From an uncultured Gemmatimonadales bacterium (GTDB lineage: Bacteria > Gemmatimonadota > Gemmatimonadetes > Longimicrobiales > RSA9): a stretch of DNA of 64,000 bases. Made by a program: the position numbers and the translations under genes. The stretch spans positions 1,696,001 through 1,760,000 of the forward strand of contig CAWCRS010000007.1 of NCBI GenBank assembly GCA_963798085.1, in the 5' to 3' direction. Below, in pieces: positions 33,850-42,194 of this stretch. The first letter of the stretch is position 1, and every line of letters begins with the position of its first letter. The notes under the pieces were generated by a model that had not been told where the DNA came from, searched no databases, and was given only the letters and a program-made list of their open reading frames with translations.

Positions 33850-34285
33850 GGCTCACCTCCGGCGTCTCCGGAAGCCTGCCTTCGAGCCAGCGCGAACCAT
33901 CCACGTAGTGCTCCTGTTTCCAGACGGGCAGCCGCTGCTTGATCTCCTCGATCACGTAACGGCCCGCATCGAAGGCTTCCGCGCGGTGTGGTGATGAAAC
34001 CGCGATCAGCACACTGCACTCGCCGACGTTCAACTCGCCGGTACGGTGCACCGCCGCAATGCGGGAAACCTCCCACCTGGCCGCCGCCTCCTGCGCGATC
34101 TCGCGCAGCACGCGCTCCGCCATTTCGCGGTAGGCGTCGTAGCGCATGCCGGTCACCGCGCGACCATCGTTCTGGTTGCGTACCGTACCCGCGAACAGCA
34201 AAACCGCGCCGTCGTCGGGAGTGCCCACGCGTTCGAGCATCGCGGCGCTGTCGAGCGGCTCGGAGGTGATCCAGGTGTCGAGCAT
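33842..34285 (-). CDS. moaE: Molybdopterin synthase catalytic subunit
   Basis: FAGTVRN, HRTGEL, SSPHRAEAF, IKQRLPVWKQE. Confidence 0.95.
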   Translation of the reverse strand: MLDTWITSEPLDSAAMLERVGTPDDGAVLLFAGTVRNQNDGRAVTGMRYDAYREMAERVLREIAQEAAARWEVSRIAAVHRTGELNVGECSVLIAVSSPHRAEAFDAGRYVIEEIKQRLPVWKQEHYVDGSRWLEGRLPETPEVSRE

Positions 34286-34530
34286 CAGCCGCCAGCCACG
34301 GGCGGGAGGAGGGCCATCTCGTCGCCGTCACCGAGTGCGGTGTCGAGCGCGGCGTATTCCTGGTTCACCGCGACCACAGGCTCGGCCGGTATGCGTGCGA
34401 GTCCGCCGCCCATCGAGCGCAGCTGTGCCACCGCACTGCGCGCCGTAGCGGACGGCGGCAGATCCAGATCGATCTCGCCGGCGCCGGCCAGATCCCGGTA
34501 CAACGCGAAGAACATGACCTTGACGAACAC
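34285..34530 (-). CDS. moaD: Molybdopterin synthase sulfur carrier
   Basis: 81 aa ubiquitin-like fold; VAVNQEY; ends PPVAGG. Confidence 0.95.
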   Translation of the reverse strand: MFVKVMFFALYRDLAGAGEIDLDLPPSATARSAVAQLRSMGGGLARIPAEPVVAVNQEYAALDTALGDGDEMALLPPVAGG

Positions 34531-34536
34531 GACCGG

Positions 34537-34566
34537 AAGCTAGCCGCAGGGTTGGCGGCGGATCAA
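34537..34566 (-). promoter_or_regulatory. sigma70-like promoter of moaDEA (apparently leaderless)
   Basis: TTGATC-N18-TAGCTT, 6 nt before the GTG start. Confidence 0.55.
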
Positions 34567-34621
34567 GCGCGGGGCCGGCAGGCCGGCTGTCAGGCGTAAT
34601 GGTGGACCGGCCGCCAGGGGG

Positions 34622-35158
34622 TCAGCGTGTCGTGTCCGGGAGGCTGTCCAACGCGCCGGCGCGCGTGGCCATCTGCCGGATGCGTTCCTGGAAGCGGGTC
34701 CAGCGCAGCATGAACTGGGCGCGCTGCTGCGGCGTGAGCGTCGTCGCCAGTGCATCCTGATCCCGCCGCCACTGCTCCTGCTCACGCTGCCGCAGCGCCT
34801 CCACCTCACTCGTGATCGCGTGCAGGTCGGCATCGGATGTCCTGGGGTCGCGGCTCGCTTGTGCCAGCCTTCGCCGCACCTCCATGCTGCGCTGCACGAG
34901 GTCGCGCCGGCGGTCATTGCTGTCGTTCAGGATCTTCTCCAGCCGGTTCTGCGTGTCCGAAGACAGCTTCATTTCCCGGCCGCTTTGCTGCACGAAGCGG
35001 CGCAGAATCTGCCGCTCGAGCTGGGTCCGACGGTTCATCTGCGCCGGGCCCATGCGCGGCGGCGGTCGCAGCGCACGACCTCGCCCCTGCGCGCCGGCGC
35101 CTGCAGGCAGCCACGCGAGCAGCAGCATGGTGGTCAGGGTGTAAAGCCACTTCCTCAC
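34622..35158 (-). CDS. Exported helical protein, Spy/CpxP- or heavy-metal-resistance-like
   Basis: Signal peptide (VRKWLYTLTTMLLLAWLPAGAGAQ), Arg/Gln-rich helices and an LTPQQ motif; GTG overlaps the anti-sigma stop. Confidence 0.65.
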   Translation of the reverse strand: MRKWLYTLTTMLLLAWLPAGAGAQGRGRALRPPPRMGPAQMNRRTQLERQILRRFVQQSGREMKLSSDTQNRLEKILNDSNDRRRDLVQRSMEVRRRLAQASRDPRTSDADLHAITSEVEALRQREQEQWRRDQDALATTLTPQQRAQFMLRWTRFQERIRQMATRAGALDSLPDTTR

Positions 35159-35622
35159 GATCCCATCTCCTGCAGCAGGCTGGCCAGCTGATCTTCCGAC
35201 AAAGCCTGCAATCCGATGTCGCCATGCAGCAGCGGGTCTCCCGCATCGGGCCAGCCGAAATCCAGCGAAGCGATATCGTCCACTTCGGCGGCGGTGGGCT
35301 CGCGGTCGCTCCGGAACTGCTGCCAGAGCAGCGAACCCGACAGGGCCGCGAATGCGAGTGTGGCTGCTAATGCGTAGTTGCGCAGCGGGCCGCGGGCGCG
35401 CGGCGCAGGCGCCCGATTCTGCAACGCCGACAGCACGCGCGCCTCCAGACCCGCCGGCACGGGCACGGGCGCGGTCAGTACGCGAATCAGCTCGGCTTCC
35501 GATCGACACTGGGCGCACGTGACGAGGTGCGCGCGCACGGATCCCGCAGCCACGGCGTTCAGCTCGCCGCGCTGATACTCGGGCAGTCGATCCTGCACCC
35601 AGGCGCACGCTTGCTCGGTCAT
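35155..35622 (-). CDS. Anti-sigma factor with zf-HC2 (ZAS) domain and one TM helix
   Basis: C...HLVTCAQC (HxxxCxxC), then hydrophobic YALAATLAFAALSGSLLW; overlaps the ECF sigma stop. Confidence 0.85.
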   Translation of the reverse strand: MTEQACAWVQDRLPEYQRGELNAVAAGSVRAHLVTCAQCRSEAELIRVLTAPVPVPAGLEARVLSALQNRAPAPRARGPLRNYALAATLAFAALSGSLLWQQFRSDREPTAAEVDDIASLDFGWPDAGDPLLHGDIGLQALSEDQLASLLQEMGS

Positions 35623-36182
35623 GACATCATCTCCCGCAGGCGCTTGATGCCCAGGTGGTAGTTCACCCGTGCAGCGCCTTCAGAGCAGTCGAGTATCTGC
35701 CCCACTTCCGCGTAACTCAGTCCCTGGTTCACTCTCAGTTCCACAGCCATTCTCTGCTTGGGCGGCAGCCGCGCCAGCAGCTCTGTTGCCCGTGCTGCTT
35801 CGGTGCCGACCTCTGCCGTATGCGCCGGATCGTCATCACCCGCCAGCTCCTGCGCCGCATCCAGCGTGGATTCCCGCTTCCGCCAGCGGCGCCGGCCCAG
35901 CGATTTCGCCGAGTTCGCCGCGATGCGCAGGAGCCAGGTGCGGAAGCTCGACTCGCCACGAAACCTCGCCAGACCATGGAGTGCGTTCACCAGCGCATCC
36001 TGCGTCGCGTCCTGAGCCAGATCCGGCTCACCCAGGATGCGCAGCGCCAGTGCGTACACGGCGCTCAGGTGACGCCGGACCAGCACCTCTTGTGCATCGC
36101 GGTCACCGCCTCGCGCCCTGTCGATCAGCGTGGCTTCGTCCAGCTCCGCCTCGCCCAGCAGGTGCAGGCCCGTCTTGCTCAC
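35619..36182 (-). CDS. ECF-family RNA polymerase sigma factor
   Basis: AQDATQD, FRGESSFRTWLLRIAAN (region 2); LPPKQR...GLSYAEVGQIL (region 4). Confidence 0.93.
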   Translation of the reverse strand: MSKTGLHLLGEAELDEATLIDRARGGDRDAQEVLVRRHLSAVYALALRILGEPDLAQDATQDALVNALHGLARFRGESSFRTWLLRIAANSAKSLGRRRWRKRESTLDAAQELAGDDDPAHTAEVGTEAARATELLARLPPKQRMAVELRVNQGLSYAEVGQILDCSEGAARVNYHLGIKRLREMMS

Positions 36183-36189
36183 CAGCTTC

Positions 36190-36216
36190 TAGACGCTCCC
36201 CCGGCCGCATGCGTTA
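36190..36216 (-). promoter_or_regulatory. ECF-type (probably autoregulatory) promoter, apparently leaderless
   Basis: TAAC-N17-CGTCTA on minus, ending 7 nt before the GTG start of the sigma gene. Confidence 0.5.
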
Positions 36217-36342
36217 AACGCAGACTCCGGCTGTCGTTGCTTCACGCTGTTACCCTGTCGTTGCCGGGTGGTGGCGGCCCGATGCAGAGGCGCCCCGACC
36301 GGATCCCGGCCGGGGCGCCTCCAACATGACGGCTGCAGGGTG

Positions 36343-36642
36343 CTAGACCGGAACGTGGATCCCTTCCGAGACCTGAACCCGCAGATCCTTGGATGGCTTG
36401 AAGATCGGCACTGCACGCGCCGGAACTTCAACGGGATCGCCGGTACGCGGATTCCTCGCCATGCGGGAGCGACGCTTGCGCACCTTGAAGGTGCCGAACC
36501 CGCGAATCTCAATGTGCGTGTGGTCCGCCATCGCGTTCTTGATCGCGTTCAGCAGACCATCGACCACCAGCGCACAGTCCTTCTTCGTGATTCCCGGGCC
36601 GATCGCCTCAGCCACCTGCTCGACGAGGTCCGCTTTCGTCAT
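36343..36642 (-). CDS. HU/IHF family DNA-binding protein
   Basis: MTKADLV...IEIRGFGTF...ARNPRTG...FKPSKDL. Confidence 0.95.
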   Translation of the reverse strand: MTKADLVEQVAEAIGPGITKKDCALVVDGLLNAIKNAMADHTHIEIRGFGTFKVRKRRSRMARNPRTGDPVEVPARAVPIFKPSKDLRVQVSEGIHVPV

Positions 36643-36816
36643 GTTCCCTCCAGCTCGAAGTGTATGCTCTGTGGCTGGCGGTCTCCCCAGGCTGGAGCGC
36701 GGCGACAGCGCTGCCGGGGTTGGCTCGGACCAGGCCAGCTCTTTCGATTCAAGCCGTGAACAAGCTTCGGAACGGTAATTTGGCCGACGGATCAGGACGT
36801 CGGGAAAGCAGCGTCC

Positions 36817-36845
36817 AGCTTATCCTTTGATCGCGCTAAAGTCAA
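36817..36845 (-). promoter_or_regulatory. sigma70-like promoter of the HU/IHF gene
   Basis: TTGACT-N17-TAAGCT overlapping the carA stop; implies a ~170-nt leader. Confidence 0.6.
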
Positions 36846-37961
36846 GTGCCTGTTTGGGTTCGCTGCATCGCCGCCAGGAAACGATCGAACAGATACAGCG
36901 AGTCATGCGGCCCCGGCGCAGCCTCCGGATGATACTGTACGCTGAATACCGGCAGTTCGCGGTGTTCAGCCCCTTCCATTGTCTGGTCATTGAGATTCAC
37001 GTGCGTCACCCGCAGCCCCGGTGCTCCATTTACGGTATCGGCAGGGCCTCGCCGCACCGCAAACCCGTGATTCTGCGCGGTGATCTCCACGGCGCCATCC
37101 TCGAGCCGGCGAACCGGGTGATTCCCTGCGCGGTGGCCATAGAGCAGCTTGAAGGTGTGCCCGCCGAAGGCGCGCCCCATCAGCTGGTGTCCGAGACAAA
37201 TGCCGAACACGGGAATACCGCGACGCGCCAGCTGACGGATGGTCTCCAATGCGTGCTCGACGGCGCCCGGATCACCGGGCCCGTTGGACAGGAAGAAGCC
37301 GTCCGGTTCCTGCTCGAGGATGGCCTCGACTGCGGTGGCGGAAGGCAGTGTGGTCACGCGACAGCCGCGCTCCGCTAACAGCCGGAGAGAATTCCGCTTG
37401 ACGCCGAAGTCGTAAGCCAGCACGTGAAACCGCTCGTCGCCGGTCGGCTTCACATCGTAGGGCTGCGGTGTCGACACGGCACACGTCAGGTCCAGGCCCT
37501 CCATGTGCGGAATGCGCGAGAATGCGTTGCAGCATTTCCCCGGCGGGCACGCTGTCACCAGCGATACCCGCGCGCATTGCTCCCTGCGAGCGCAGATGTA
37601 TGGTCAGCGCGCGTGTGTCGACCTCCGAGAGGCCGACAATGCCGTTGCGTTCCAGGTACTGCTGCAGCGATGACTGTGCGCGCCAGTTGCTGTGACGACC
37701 GGCGAGTTCGCGCACAATGAAGCCGGCCACCTGCACGCGCGCCGACTCTGCGTCCGCGCTGGCTACACCGTAGTTACCGATCAGCGGGTACGTCATTACC
37801 ACGATCTGCCCCGCGTAGGACGGATCTGTGAGCACTTCCTGGTACCCGGTCATCGACGTGTTGAAAACGACCTCTCCCAGGGTGTCGCCGGCGGCGCCGA
37901 TCAGTTCGCCGTCAAAGCGCCTGCCATCTTCCAGGAGAAGGTATCCGGACTGGCGTTCCAT
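36842..37961 (-). CDS. carA: Carbamoyl-phosphate synthase small subunit (frameshift ~37510)
   Basis: [51 protein letters not shown]. Confidence 0.95.
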
Positions 37962-37993
37962 GCGTGGGCGGATTCCCGTCTGAGGGTCGCGCG

Positions 37994-38021
37994 AAACTAG
38001 GCCGCAGCCTGAAGATGTCAA
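37994..38021 (-). promoter_or_regulatory. sigma70-like promoter of carA
   Basis: TTGACA-N16-TAGTTT on minus. Confidence 0.55.
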
Positions 38022-38032
38022 GTCGCACGCAG

Positions 38033-38061
38033 TTGCGGCAGTGCCTCTGCCCAACCACGAT
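38033..38061 (+). promoter_or_regulatory. sigma70-like promoter of rnhA (apparently leaderless)
   Basis: TTGCGG-N17-CACGAT, 7 nt before the ATG at 38069; no SD sequence. Confidence 0.4.
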
Positions 38062-38068
38062 TCCTTCC

Positions 38069-38821
38069 ATGCAGAAGCTGGTCTACATGTACGCTGACGA
38101 ATCGTGCCTGGGAATCCAGTACACGGATCGCGACTCGCCCGGCGGCGCAGCCGGCCTCATCGAGTACTGGCATGTCGACCATTGGGTGCGACGCGACTAC
38201 TGGGTCAGCGAGCCCGCAACCACGAACAACCGCATGGCGCTGCGCAGCGGCATCGAAGGACTTCGTCGCCTGCGGCGCCGCTGTCGCGTGGTGTTCACAT
38301 CGGACTCCCAGTACCTGATCCGCGGGATGCGCGAGTGGGTACACGACTGGTCGCATCGCGGCTGGCGCCGCAAGTCGGGCGCAGTGGAAAATGCGGAGCT
38401 GTGGAAGGAACTGGTCGCCGAAGCCGCGCGACATCTCATCGACTGGCGCTGGGTGCGCGGGCATGCGGACCACCCGCAGAACGAGTATGCCAACATGCTC
38501 GCAGTGCGGGCCGCGCGCACGCAGGATGCAACGGCAGGACTGGTCGAATCGGGTTTCGCCGAGTGGATCGCGTCACAGCAGAGCGATCATGCGCGCTTCC
38601 GCGACTACGTCGCATCCGCGCCGCCACTCGTGGACGAGTTCCAGCCCGGTCGGCCTGTCGACATTCTGAGTTGCAGAACACCAGGATGTTCGAAGCCCCC
38701 AGGAACGACACCTTCGTTACCTGGGGGCTCCATACCGCTGGCGGGAATGTTTCTCTTGTTCCGGATCTCGCCACGTGCGGCGACTCGTCACACTCCCTTA
38801 CCCTCGTCAAGCGGTCTTTGA
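38069..38821 (+). CDS. rnhA: Ribonuclease HI (the true stop may be near 38669 if there is a 3' frameshift)
   Basis: [57 protein letters not shown]. Confidence 0.9.
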   Translation: MQKLVYMYADESCLGIQYTDRDSPGGAAGLIEYWHVDHWVRRDYWVSEPATTNNRMALRSGIEGLRRLRRRCRVVFTSDSQYLIRGMREWVHDWSHRGWRRKSGAVENAELWKELVAEAARHLIDWRWVRGHADHPQNEYANMLAVRAARTQDATAGLVESGFAEWIASQQSDHARFRDYVASAPPLVDEFQPGRPVDILSCRTPGCSKPPGTTPSLPGGSIPLAGMFLLFRISPRAATRHTPLPSSSGL

Positions 38822-38975
38822 CTCAGGCATCCCGTGACTCACAGGATTCGTGTTGCGGCCAGCGACCCCGCAACCGGCTCGCAGAGGCCGAACTCCTCTG
38901 ACGAGCTTCTCACCGGTCGGTTTCCGTTTCCGGCGAGCTTGCATTCGACAGCAGTTGACCGCCACTGCCGAACGC
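38676..38975 (-). ncRNA. Candidate structured small RNA of unknown family
   Basis: Eight consecutive stem-loops whose G-U wobbles mostly favour the minus strand; the predicted +1 coincides with the base of the first hairpin; ends in a strong GC hairpin. Confidence 0.6.
38692..38731. terminator. Strong GC hairpin between the convergent rnhA and ncRNA/lipB transcripts
   Basis: GGAGCCCCCAGG-U-AACGA/AGGUG/UCGUU-CCUGGGGGCUUC on minus; no U-tract. Confidence 0.5.
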
Positions 38976-38982
38976 GACGCGC

Positions 38983-39012
38983 AATCTACTCGCGCGCCGC
39001 TGCGTGCGGCAA
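38983..39012 (-). promoter_or_regulatory. sigma70-like promoter of the candidate ncRNA
   Basis: TTGCCG-N18-TAGATT just downstream of the lipB stop. Confidence 0.6.
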
Positions 39013-39034
39013 GTCTTTCGGGATGTATTCGCCG

Positions 39035-39721
39035 CTATGCGGCCAGTGCGCGCTCGAACACGGCCGCGAACTCTTGTGCGACGACAGCAGCGACGGTCGT
39101 GATGTCGGGCGCCACACCGGTGCGGCGCGCGATGGACGTGACACCGCGATCGCTGATCCCGCACGGGACTATGGCGTCGAAGTAGCGCAGATCGGTATCG
39201 ACGTTGAGCGCGAATCCGTGTGAGGTGATCCAGCCGCTCGACACGCGCACGCCAATGGCCGCGATCTTTTCATTGCCCACCCACACGCCCGTGTAGCCGC
39301 TCACGCGCTGCGCGCGGATGTCGAAGTGCGCGAGCGTGCGCATCAGCGTTTCCTCGAGATCCCGAACGTAGCGATGCAGGTCGCGGCGATCGGGCTTCAG
39401 GTCGATGATGGGATAGCCGACGAGTTGACCCGGACCATGATAGGTCACATCACCGCCGCGTCCGGTTTCGAAGCACTCGATGCCGAGCAGCCCGCGCTGC
39501 GCATCGTCGAGCAGCAGATGCTCCGCGCTTGCCGATGTGCCGAGCGTAATGACGTGCGGATGCTCGAGCAGCAGGAGTGTGTCCGGGATCTCACCCTGGC
39601 GCCGCTGCATCACGCACTGCGACTGCAGCGCGAGCGCCTCGGCGTACGCCACGCGCTGCAGCCATTGCCATTGCAGTGTGCGCGTCGTCGCGGCCCTGGA
39701 GGCAGACAGCGCTGCTTGCAT
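39035..39721 (-). CDS. lipB: Lipoyl(octanoyl) transferase
   Basis: [49 protein letters not shown]. Confidence 0.96.
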   Translation of the reverse strand: MQAALSASRAATTRTLQWQWLQRVAYAEALALQSQCVMQRRQGEIPDTLLLLEHPHVITLGTSASAEHLLLDDAQRGLLGIECFETGRGGDVTYHGPGQLVGYPIIDLKPDRRDLHRYVRDLEETLMRTLAHFDIRAQRVSGYTGVWVGNEKIAAIGVRVSSGWITSHGFALNVDTDLRYFDAIVPCGISDRGVTSIARRTGVAPDITTVAAVVAQEFAAVFERALAA

Positions 39722-41116
39722 CAGCGACTCAGCCGGCCTGCTCGGGGAAGCTCTCGAGCGACGCCTTGAGCCGGGCGAGGAAGCGCGCGGCGTCCGCGCC
39801 ATCGACGATGCGGTGGTCGTAGCCCAGCGAGAAGAACGCGCGTTTGCGTACAGCAATCGCATCTGCGCCGCCTGACATCGATGACCACGGCACGCTTCTC
39901 GATGGCGCCCGTGCCCAGGATGGCCGCGGTGCCTTCGGGAATGATGGGCATGCCCACGAGCGTTCCGAGGACGCCGGGATTGGTGATCGAGAACGTTGCC
40001 CCCTGAATCTCGTCCGGCTTGAGCTTGCGATCGCGCGCGCGTTGTGCCAGGTCTGCGATGCGCCGCGCCAGCCCCACGAGGTTCAGCTCGTCGCTGTTGC
40101 GTATGACGGGCACGATGAGTCCCGGATTGAGATCCACGGCAATGCCAATGTTGACGTCGCCCCGGTAAATGATGCTCGCGCCCGACACGGTGGAGTTGAC
40201 CATGGGGAACTCGCGCAGCAGCCTCGCCACGGCCCATGCGACGAAGGCTGTATAACTGACCTTTACACCCTGCTGCTCCCACGCGGCCCGCGCTGCTGCG
40301 CGCACGTGGTCGATGCTCGTGAAATCGACCTCCACGAACGAGTGCACGTGCGGTGCAATGCGTTTGGCGCGCACCATGTGATCCGCCGTCAGCCGGCGGA
40401 TGCGATCCATGGGCTGCACCTTGTCGCCTGCGCGTACCGGGAATTCCGGGTGTTGCACCGGTCCGAAGAACGTGCTCCAGAAATCGTCGGCGGCCACCGG
40501 TACGCCTGTGCGGGGAGCTGCCGGCGCCGTGGTCGGGGCTGGCGCCTGCTCGCGCTGCTCCAGGAAGGACATGATGTCGTTGCGTGTCACGCGTCCTGCA
40601 TGACCGCTGCCCTCGACATCGCGAAATGTCGACGCCGTGCTCGGCGGCAATGCGGCGCACCAGTGGCGTCGAGCGGCGCCGCAGTCGATCCTCTGCGCTT
40701 TCGCCGCGTCCGCCGTTGTCCGTGGCGGCGACGCGAGCGGCTGCGGGCTGCGCTGCGGGTGCAGGCGGAACGGGTGTGCGCGCCGGCGTTTCCGTTGCGG
40801 GCGATGCGGGCTTCGCCTCCGCGGCGTGGGCCGGCGGTGCAGGCGCCGCCGTGCCGGCTGGCTTCGCGGCACTCTTTTCGGTTTCGATGAAGGCGACGAC
40901 GGTACCTACTTCCACCGTCTTGCCTTCCGGCACCACGATTTCCGCCAGCGTTCCTGCGGCGGGCGATGGGATTTCCGCGTCGACCTTGTCGGTGGAGATC
41001 TCGAGCAGCGGCTCATCGCGCGCGACGTCGTCGCCCACTTTCTTGAGCCATTTCGAGACCGTTCCCTCGGCGATGGATTCCCCCATCTGGGGCATCGGGA
41101 CTTCGATTCGCGCCAT
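39721..41116 (-). CDS. 2-oxoacid dehydrogenase E2 (dihydrolipoamide acyltransferase; frameshifted)
   Basis: One lipoyl domain (MPQMGES...[14 protein letters not shown]), E3-binding domain ([12 protein letters not shown]...[12 protein letters not shown]), catalytic [15 protein letters not shown] and YDHRIVDG. Confidence 0.93.
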
Positions 41117-41143
41117 GACTCCGCTCCGCCCGTGTCGTTGTCG

Positions 41144-42189
41144 CTAGTACTTCACAAGGTAACGCGCTGCTTTCACGATATCATCCACCTGCGGCAGGTA
41201 GTAGTCCTCCAGCGGTGGCGAGTACGGTACCGGCGTGTCGATCGCCGTAACGCGCAGCATGGGTGCATCGAGAAACTCGAACGCTTTCTCGCTCACGCGC
41301 ATTGCGATTTCGCCGGCAATCCCGCCAGTGCGCGTGTCCTCGTGCACGACGAGCAGCCGGCTGGTGCGTCTCACGCTCTCGAGAATCGCGTCCTCATCGA
41401 GCGGCGCGAGCGTACGCAGATCGAGGATCTCGATCTCGACGCCGTCCGCGGCCAGTTGTTCCGCGGCGCGCTGGCTCTCGTGCACCATCATGCCATAGGT
41501 GACGATCGTCAGGTCGCGGCCGGCGCGGTGCACTCTCGCCTTGCCCAGTGGCTCGACGCTCGCGTCCGGCGGCAGCACTTCGCGCAGGAACGGCGCGCGA
41601 TAGAGCTTCTTGTGCTCGAAGAACAGCACGGGGTCGTCGTCGCGGATGGCAGCCTTGAGCAGCGCCTTCGCATCATGCGCGGTCGCCGGATAGACGATCT
41701 TCAGACCCGGCGTGTGGAAGAACGCCATTTCCGGATTCTGCGAGTGGAACGGGCCGCCGCGCACACCGCCGCCCACCGGTCCGCGCACTACCATGGGAAG
41801 CGGGCCACTGCCCCGCCAGCGCGAGGTGGCAATGTAGTTGGTCAGCGGCTCGTAGGCGCACGACACGAAATCCATGAACTGCATTTCCACCACCGGCCGC
41901 ATGCCCATGTGCGCGGCGCCGGCGGCGGCGCCGGTGAAGCCGGCCTCGCTGATGGGCGTGTCGATGATGCGCCCATCGCCAAAGAAATCGAGAAAGCCTT
42001 CGGTGACCTTGAATGCGCCGCCGTACACGCCAATGTCTTCACCCAGCAGGATGACAGCGTCGTCGCGCTCCATTTCTTCCCAGAGTGCTTCGCGGATGGC
42101 CTCGAGCATGGTGACGGGCTTGCCCTGCTGCGGTGCTGCACGTGCTCGGGCTTCTCCCGCGTGCGCTCCGCTTTCGTCATTGTGGCCAT
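41144..42189 (-). CDS. 2-oxoacid dehydrogenase E1 beta subunit (5' end uncertain; frameshift)
   Basis: GEDIGVYGGAF, DTPISEAG, EMQFMDF, FHSQ, FFEHK, DLRTLAPLD. Confidence 0.93.
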
Positions 42190-42194
42190 CGATT

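Noticed and set aside
38690..38975. CsrB/RsmZ-like identity for the candidate ncRNA
   Set aside because: Only about 7 GGA triplets, close to chance, and most are not in hairpin loops
38069..38975. Retron or DGR interpretation of RNase H next to a structured RNA
   Set aside because: No reverse transcriptase in the window, no flanking a1/a2 repeats and no TR/VR pair
39035..41116. 693-aa ORF suggesting a lipoyl-domain-LipB fusion
   Set aside because: The middle is out-of-frame E2; the E2 stop overlaps a separate lipB ATG at 39721
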